Positions 48,474 through 53,917 of a stretch of 53,917 nt of DNA are shown here, piece after piece. Source of the stretch: Candidatus Thorarchaeota archaeon (GTDB lineage Archaea; Asgardarchaeota; Thorarchaeia; Thorarchaeales; Thorarchaeaceae). The DNA is taken from NCBI GenBank assembly GCA_046758445.1, contig JBHIAE010000020.1, positions 1 through 53,917 of the forward strand, read 5' to 3'. The position numbers and the translations under genes are program-made. Positions within the stretch are counted from its first letter, which is position 1. Each line of letters opens with the position of its first letter. Below the pieces are notes generated by a model that saw only the letters and a program-made list of their open reading frames with translations, made no database searches and was not told the DNA's origin.

Positions 48474-50270
48474 ATGACTGAAACTAGATCCCGACCAAGT
48501 GCCAAGTTACGCTCACCTATTGTCACGGTACTTGGCCACATCGACCACGGTAAGACCTCCCTCTTGGATAAGATACGTGGCACGGCAGTCCAGGACCGAG
48601 AGGCTGCAGGGATAACTCAGCACATAGGAGCTTCATTCTTCCCAACAGAAACGATTCGGTCAATATGCGGCAATCTTCTTGACAGCGTGAAGACTGAATT
48701 GACAATTGACGGCCTCTTGTTCATCGATACTCCTGGCCACGAGGCATACTTGAATCTCAGGAGGAGAGGAGGAGCCATAGCAGACATAGCGATTCTTGTC
48801 ATAGACATCAACGAGGGTGCCCTGACACAGACGTATGAATCATTGAAGATTCTTCAGTCTGGTAGGACCCCTTTCCTTGTGGCAGCAAACAAGCTGGACA
48901 AAGTCCCAGGTTGGAGAGAGAAATCTGACATGAACCTCTTCCAGGCAATCAAGGCGCAGGGGACGAGCACTCAAGCTGAAGTTGACCGACGCCTCTATGA
49001 GATTGTGGGTGCACTCTCAGCCAATGGGTTCGATTCGGAGAGGTTCGACAGAGTGGAGGACTTCTCAAAGGTCGTGGCCATTGTGCCCACCAGTGCAAAG
49101 ACCGGGACCGGGATTCCTGAACTTCTCATGGTCTTGTCAGGTCTTACTCAACAATACATGAAGGACCGGCTTCAGATCTCAGACGGCCCAGCAAGGGGAG
49201 CGATACTGGAAGTCAGAGAGGAAATGGGACTTGGAATAACGTTGGACACCATCATCTATGAGGGGATTCTGAAGAAGACTGACACAATAGTCGTCGGTGG
49301 GCTCGACGATGTGATTGTTGCAAAGATTAGAACTCTGTTACAGCCCAAGGAACTTGACGAGATTAGGGATCCGAAGGAGAAGTTCAACCCGGTTGAAGAG
49401 GTGCATGCAGCAGCAGGCGTGAAGATAGTAGCACCGGACATAGAGGGTGCCGTGGCTGGAGCACCGGTCTACGCAGTGGAGAGTTCAGATGAGCTGGATG
49501 CTATCAAGCAGAGAGTGCAAGAAGAGGTCAGTTCGATACGAATTCAGCGAGACTCTTCAGGAATCGTGGTAAAGACGGATACTCTTGGCTCATTAGAGGC
49601 AGTCACCAAGTTCCTACGGGATCGTAGTGTACCGGTGCGCATAGCAGATGTGGGGACGATAGTGAAACGCGACATCGTTGAGGCCAAGGCCGCCGGAGAC
49701 ACTGATCCTTTGAATGCGGTTGTTCTAGGCTTCAATGTGAAATTCGCCCCCGATATAGAGGACTTGGCTGCAGAGTATGGTGTGGAAACCTTCCTCAATG
49801 AGGTCATCTATCGGCTCTATGATGAGTACAATGCTTGGTTGATTGTCAAGAGGGAACAGGCAAAGGCAGAGTCTCTCAGCTCAATAATCAGGCCTGGTAA
49901 GATAGAGTTGATGCCTGAGTATGTCTTTAGACATAAGGACCCGGCAATAGTCGGAGTAAGAGTCCACGGCATCATAAAGCCAAGGACTGGGCTAATCAAC
50001 TCCGAGGGGAAACGTATCGGCACGATCCTACAGATTCAGGACAGGAGCGTGACCATAGATGAAGCCACTAATGGAATGGAGGTGGCTGTGTCTATCAGGG
50101 GCCCAACTATTGGTAGACAGGTGAAGGATGACCAGACCCTCTATTCCGACGTTCCTGACAAGCACATTTTGGTCATGAGAAAGAAGTTCCTAGATGATCT
50201 TACACCTTCTGAAGTGCAGGTCTTGCAGGAGATTACCGAGATCAAGAGAGAGGCGGGTGCCTTCATCTAG
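48474..50270 (+). CDS. infB: Translation initiation factor aIF5B (IF-2)
   Basis: GHIDHGKT, GITQHIGA, DTPGHE, NKLD, TSA, DTLGSLEA. Confidence 0.98.
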   Translation: MTETRSRPSAKLRSPIVTVLGHIDHGKTSLLDKIRGTAVQDREAAGITQHIGASFFPTETIRSICGNLLDSVKTELTIDGLLFIDTPGHEAYLNLRRRGGAIADIAILVIDINEGALTQTYESLKILQSGRTPFLVAANKLDKVPGWREKSDMNLFQAIKAQGTSTQAEVDRRLYEIVGALSANGFDSERFDRVEDFSKVVAIVPTSAKTGTGIPELLMVLSGLTQQYMKDRLQISDGPARGAILEVREEMGLGITLDTIIYEGILKKTDTIVVGGLDDVIVAKIRTLLQPKELDEIRDPKEKFNPVEEVHAAAGVKIVAPDIEGAVAGAPVYAVESSDELDAIKQRVQEEVSSIRIQRDSSGIVVKTDTLGSLEAVTKFLRDRSVPVRIADVGTIVKRDIVEAKAAGDTDPLNAVVLGFNVKFAPDIEDLAAEYGVETFLNEVIYRLYDEYNAWLIVKREQAKAESLSSIIRPGKIELMPEYVFRHKDPAIVGVRVHGIIKPRTGLINSEGKRIGTILQIQDRSVTIDEATNGMEVAVSIRGPTIGRQVKDDQTLYSDVPDKHILVMRKKFLDDLTPSEVQVLQEITEIKREAGAFI

Positions 50271-50316
50271 ATGATGACTTCGGAACGTTTTTACGAGAAC
50301 TCATTCTTGATTCTAT

Positions 50317-50632
50317 TGCAGCGGGTAGGGTCGGGTCGTTTGCCGCGACCTGTAGCCGGTATGGCAATAGCCGGGACTAGTAACCAACGCTGAGGACGAA
50401 CCCGGACGCTCATGTGTCCTTTCACTGGACGTTGACGAGCAGTCTCTGGAGTCTGTCACAGCCACAGCAGCAGTCGTAGGACAGCTGTGAGTGTGCTCAA
50501 AATGTCGAAACGGGTCAGGCCCTGGCGGGAACAGCCCTAAGACTAGGTGGTGGAGCCCCAGAGAGCGCTGCTTTGAGAAAGGTGTTAGATAGCACTGAGA
50601 AAAAGGACGATCGACGCTGCGGGGCCGCTGCA
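50317..50632 (+). ncRNA. ffs: Signal recognition particle (7S) RNA
   Basis: Helix 1 tgcagcgg/ccgctgca, Alu UGUAG motif, helix 6 gtc-GTAG-gac, helix 8 GGGTCAGGCCC-TGGC-GGGAACAGCCC; about 316 nt; TTTTTA ~25 nt upstream. Confidence 0.9.
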
Positions 50633-50710
50633 CCCACTTTCTACGATAGATAAGTGAATGGTAAGTGCGTATTGTATGACTCGCTTTGGTGGGTCAGCGA
50701 GATTGGGGGC

Positions 50711-51463
50711 CTAGCTCTCCCGTCGACTATTAGATAGGCGCAGGATTCCTGTCGGTTCGCATGGAATACTCTCAGGTGCTGGAGCAACTACGCTTACAGA
50801 AAGAACAACCGGATTCGCAAGCGGCTTCTTCCAGTCTTCTCGACGTTGTCCTCTAAGGGATTCGAATTCATCAAGGAAATCTTGGACCTTCATCAGCAGG
50901 GTTTCGACGTCGTCAATGCTGTCAACACAGAATGCCATCATCTTGATGATTCTAGCCTCTTCTTCGCTATCGGACTCATCTGTAGCGTATTTCATGGTGA
51001 GAAGATGCTGAGATGCGAATCTGTTGAGGCTCGACGGCAGGGTTTCCAGAGCTTGGTACCAGGCTTGGAGAGGCTTGATTCTTCCTCTCGCCTCCAGCTC
51101 TCTTGCGACTTCTTTGGTGACTAGCTTCTTGCTTAGTTCCATCAGGTCTCGTATGACATGGTAGTAGAGATTGTATCGCCGGTCGGCAACATCTGGGTCT
51201 TCTTCCTTGTCGGCAATACCTGCCTCAGATAGAAGGGCCAGACTTCTAAATACCGTTGCATTACTAAGTCCAGTCTTTTGCCTGAGTTTTGCCGCAGTGG
51301 TCTTTCCAAAGAGAGTCAAGAAAGAATAGATCTGTAGGCATGAATCTAGTGTGGCGATTCTGGTCAAGAGAGCGATTCTCTTCAGTTGATTGTCAAGATT
51401 CAGGGGGGTTGGTGTGGCGGTCATATTGATGTCCTCTCTATTGTGCTGCAAAGCGCAAGCCAC
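50711..51463 (-). CDS. Winged-HTH (ArsR/MarR-like) transcriptional regulator
   Basis: TAAKL...TGLSNATVFRSL..L.EAG HTH + wing RRYNLYY; start at TTG 51463 or ATG 51424. Confidence 0.8.
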   Translation of the reverse strand: MACALQHNREDINMTATPTPLNLDNQLKRIALLTRIATLDSCLQIYSFLTLFGKTTAAKLRQKTGLSNATVFRSLALLSEAGIADKEEDPDVADRRYNLYYHVIRDLMELSKKLVTKEVARELEARGRIKPLQAWYQALETLPSSLNRFASQHLLTMKYATDESDSEEEARIIKMMAFCVDSIDDVETLLMKVQDFLDEFESLRGQRREDWKKPLANPVVLSVSVVAPAPESIPCEPTGILRLSNSRRES

Positions 51464-51498
51464 AAGTCTATGTGATGGTTCGCAAACCTCACATTATG

Positions 51499-51522
51499 GT
51501 GACCTATATCTCCACTGAGATA
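51499..51522 (-). promoter_or_regulatory. Putative operator/promoter copy 1 (perfect TATCTC-N4-GAGATA palindrome)
   Basis: gtgacctatatctccactgagata, 19/24 identical to 52465-52488. Confidence 0.65.
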
Positions 51523-51565
51523 CTTATTTGTCCTAGCCTTTTGCCGAGTTTCGGCGTCAGCCACC

Positions 51566-52426
51566 TTAGGTATGTGTACTTCGTCTGTCAATCAACGCGA
51601 AACGTTCCTGTGGATAGTCAATTATGAGTTCAAAGTCCTTTAGAAACGGATAACCAATGATGCCGTTCTCAATGACCTTGCCCTTTGGAGAGACAATCTT
51701 GAGATCGATGACTCCAATCACAAGACGGGTCTGTTCGGCCGGACCAATGGAGATGGTGTCGACAGTTGTACCATATCCGACTGCTACACCGGCAACGCCT
51801 TCACAGCGGCCTTCCGAACACCCAGAGTCACCATCAGGTGGCATGTGATCCAACCCCAACTCTTTTGCCATTGTAGGGGTCATGACGTTCCCACCAGAGC
51901 CTGTATCGATTGCAAATTCAGAAGGACCCTGACCGTTGATGTGAACTGGAACTCCCACGAGATGTGAATCACGAAGGTATCTGAATTCCATCCAGTCGAT
52001 TTTGTCCTTCAATGATCTGCCATTGCTGTTCTCAAGACGAAAGACCATACTTTCATAGTCTAGCAACATTCGATAATGTTTGAGCATTGAATGGCCAATG
52101 ATTCCATCGAAACTTGAACACGAAGTGGCCTCGAAATCCATGACAATGACTCCTTCATCTTCGAAAGTTTCAGTACCAATCCTGAAAGAGTCGACCTTGG
52201 CACTCTTGATACTAACGAGCCCTCCAATGGCGGCTGCCTTAGCATCTTTCATATCGATCATCTCCAAGCCTAGATCCTCTGCAACTCTTGTGGTCAGAGC
52301 TGTGTACCCACCTCCAGTGTCTAGATGAAACTCAAAGGGCCCCTCTCCATTGATATAGACCGGTATTAGGGGATGCCCACTTGCCGGATCTATATTGAAC
52401 TTCATTTCCATGTCTAATCGCTCCAT
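51566..52426 (-). CDS. Single-chain tandem retropepsin-like aspartic protease (two DTG domains)
   Basis: V.ING.GP..F.(L/I)DTG twice, each followed by GIIG..(ML/FL)...DY; no signal peptide. Confidence 0.88.
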   Translation of the reverse strand: MERLDMEMKFNIDPASGHPLIPVYINGEGPFEFHLDTGGGYTALTTRVAEDLGLEMIDMKDAKAAAIGGLVSIKSAKVDSFRIGTETFEDEGVIVMDFEATSCSSFDGIIGHSMLKHYRMLLDYESMVFRLENSNGRSLKDKIDWMEFRYLRDSHLVGVPVHINGQGPSEFAIDTGSGGNVMTPTMAKELGLDHMPPDGDSGCSEGRCEGVAGVAVGYGTTVDTISIGPAEQTRLVIGVIDLKIVSPKGKVIENGIIGYPFLKDFELIIDYPQERFALIDRRSTHT

Positions 52427-52464
52427 TTTCTCATCAAGTCATACCATTCTGAGAATGTCGATAT

Positions 52465-52488
52465 GTAACCTATATCATCTGTGAGATA
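52465..52488 (-). promoter_or_regulatory. Putative operator/promoter copy 2
   Basis: gtaacctatatcatctgtgagata, at a similar distance upstream of the protease start as copy 1 is from the regulator. Confidence 0.65.
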
Positions 52489-52541
52489 TATCAAGCTTAT
52501 TGTGTGCGCAGGCAGCAAGCCCTCATGCCCCTACAGGACTT

Positions 52542-52598
52542 GAACCCGTAGAGGGTACTGATTTTGGGAAGGCGAATAGTAGCACTGAGAAGAAGGAC
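52542..52598 (+). repeat. Degenerate direct repeat of the SRP RNA 3' segment (50553-50608)
   Basis: tagcactgagaagaaggac (52580-52598) vs tagcactgagaaaaaggac (50590-50608), 18/19 identical; gapped similarity extends about 38 nt upstream. Confidence 0.7.
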
Positions 52599-52691
52599 TG
52601 GCAATGAGCAATTCTAATGACAAAAGTTCTACTCTTCACTCGCCTTGGGAATGACAAGTTTTAAGAGAAGATTACAGACCGCAGAATCCAA

Positions 52692-52834
52692 GCTGGGGTA
52701 GCCAAGCCCGGACCGGTTCGTCTTTGAGCGTCCGTGGAGCACTATGGCGCTGGATTGCTATTGGCAGCTATATGTAGTCTGCAAACATCCAGTGTGCTAT
52801 GCACTCGCGAGTTCAAATCTCGCCCCCAGCGCCA
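52692..52834 (+). tRNA. tRNA-Ser(GCT) with canonical 37/38 intron (52761-52786) and ~30-nt D-loop insertion; CCA encoded
   Basis: Acceptor GCTGGGG/CCCCAGC, discriminator G, CTGGA-TTGCTA[intron]A-TCCAG with TTGC/GCAA BHB core helix, long variable arm GTGC-TAT-GCAC, T arm GCGAG-TTCAAAT-CTCGC; TTTTAAG at 52659. Confidence 0.88.
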
Positions 52835-53197
52835 CAATCTTCTTCGAGGATCTTGCTAGCGAGAACTGCCTCGGGTGTTGTTCATCCATTATCCTCATGT
52901 GTTTTCATTAGAGACCAGGATGACTGTCTAAGTTATGTCATCGGAAAGAATGACTGCAGACAACATAATACTCCCCATCCTCTATGCGATTCCGCCAGCA
53001 ATGGGAGCAGTCGCCATTGAACTACCCCTCATTGGTCAACTGGTTGACTGGAGCCTCTTCATTGATTCACACCCGCGGTGTGGGCTCTTGCTAAAAAGGA
53101 GTAGAAAACGGACCGAGAGAAGTCTGAAAGGGCATCATTCATCTAGTCGGCGCCTTCAGCCAGTTCCTCTTGAGCTTCGGTCATTGTCTGGGGTTCA

Positions 53198-53917
53198 TCA
53201 GCCTCTTCGTAGTTTGACTTCGGCGATAATGAGCAACACCCCCGCTATGCCAGCGATAGCAACGATTGCTAACATGAGTTGGTCCCTTGGTGAAATCGGA
53301 GGAAGTGGTATTGGAGTCGTGGTGGTTGTAGGTGCGGTGGTCGTAGTGGTTGTTGTTGAGGTTGTGGTTATAGGAATGACTATGACCATTACTTGGTCGG
53401 ACGCGGTATTGTCACCAATGTCTGTGACTACAATGGTATAGTTGAAAACACCAAACGGGAGTCCATCAACAGATATGGTTATTGTTTCTGATGTGGAGTT
53501 CCAGGCGCTTGAGTGGATCAGCGTTCCGTTCCTGAATACATCATACAATGAGGGATGAAGGTCTGACGGACTCCATGTTATCGAGTTTCCAGTATCTCCC
53601 TCGTTGTATGTGACATCGGACGGACTATCGATCACCGGGGAAGTGCCATCTGACACTGACACTAGTACCATGTCAGTAGCAGAATTGCTACCAATGTCAT
53701 AGACTACGATTGTGAAGTTATATTGGCCTACCACTAGTCCACTAACTGAGATGGTGATGACCTCAGAGCTCGAGTTCCAAGCACCTGACCTGACGAGTAT
53801 CCCATCTCTGAAGATCTCATAAGACACGGGATGAAGATCTGATGGACTCCAATCAATAGAGATTCCAGTATCACCCTCGTTGTAAACGATGTCTAATGGC
53901 GCATCTAATGTTGGAGC
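53198..53917 (-). CDS. C-terminal part of a cell-surface protein with tandem ~92-aa Ig-like repeats, Thr-rich linker and TM anchor (5'-truncated)
   Basis: Frame open to the window end; 276-nt-period repeat (P.ID.P.D..YNEGDTG.SI.WSPSDLHP..Y...R.G.L..S.AWNS.SE.ITISV.GL..G..N.TIVV.DIG.N.A.D.V.V); poly-Thr; TM + KLRRG. Confidence 0.88.
   Translation of the reverse strand, partial: APTLDAPLDIVYNEGDTGISIDWSPSDLHPVSYEIFRDGILVRSGAWNSSSEVITISVSGLVVGQYNFTIVVYDIGSNSATDMVLVSVSDGTSPVIDSPSDVTYNEGDTGNSITWSPSDLHPSLYDVFRNGTLIHSSAWNSTSETITISVDGLPFGVFNYTIVVTDIGDNTASDQVMVIVIPITTTSTTTTTTTAPTTTTTPIPLPPISPRDQLMLAIVAIAGIAGVLLIIAEVKLRRG

Noticed and set aside
50313-50633. 106-aa minus-strand ORF
   Set aside because: Antisense shadow of the SRP RNA gene
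52935-53441. 168-aa plus-strand ORF with poly-Val
   Set aside because: Mostly the antisense of the Thr-rich surface-protein stalk; 52840-53190 may be decayed sequence, but I could not assign it
1-53917. CRISPR arrays, rRNA genes, transposases or integrases
   Set aside because: No regularly spaced repeats, rRNA signatures or recombinase motifs were seen

Overview
This is a gene-dense window of an archaeal chromosome, most likely an Asgard archaeon and probably Thorarchaeota-like. That assignment is an inference from PolD together with Elf1, a eukaryote-type STT3, a DC2/OSTC-like subunit, a PAC4-like protein, a small Ras-like GTPase and an Ig-repeat surface protein. It is mostly core housekeeping: translation and transcription clusters (L44e-S27e-aIF2alpha-Nop10; RpoD-L18e-L13-S9-RpoN-S2; L7Ae-S28e-L24e-Ndk-aIF5B), replication and repair (SSB, TopA, XPD, RadB, PolD DP2, RPA, Lhr), C1/folate metabolism (GlyA, GcvT/H, FolP, MptE) and lipid synthesis (archaeal mevalonate operon, CarS, EgsA). 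RNA genes are tRNA-Pro(CGG), an intron-containing tRNA-Ser(GCT) and the SRP RNA. The most notable observations are: (i) an unannotated 37-aa OST4-like microprotein, which with STT3, a DC2-like protein, a Wbp1-like protein and Sec61beta suggests a eukaryote-like translocon-associated OST; (ii) a regulator + double-domain aspartic protease islet with a shared 24-bp upstream motif, bracketed by the SRP RNA gene and a decayed copy of its 3' part; (iii) a UGGC (URRC) helix-8 tetraloop in the SRP RNA; (iv) a ~30-nt D-loop insertion in tRNA-Ser; (v) a PAC4-like proteasome chaperone; (vi) a methyltransferase interrupted by one in-frame amber codon. No CRISPR array, rRNA, transposase or integrase was seen. 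All family assignments are by-eye motif recognition, not database searches.
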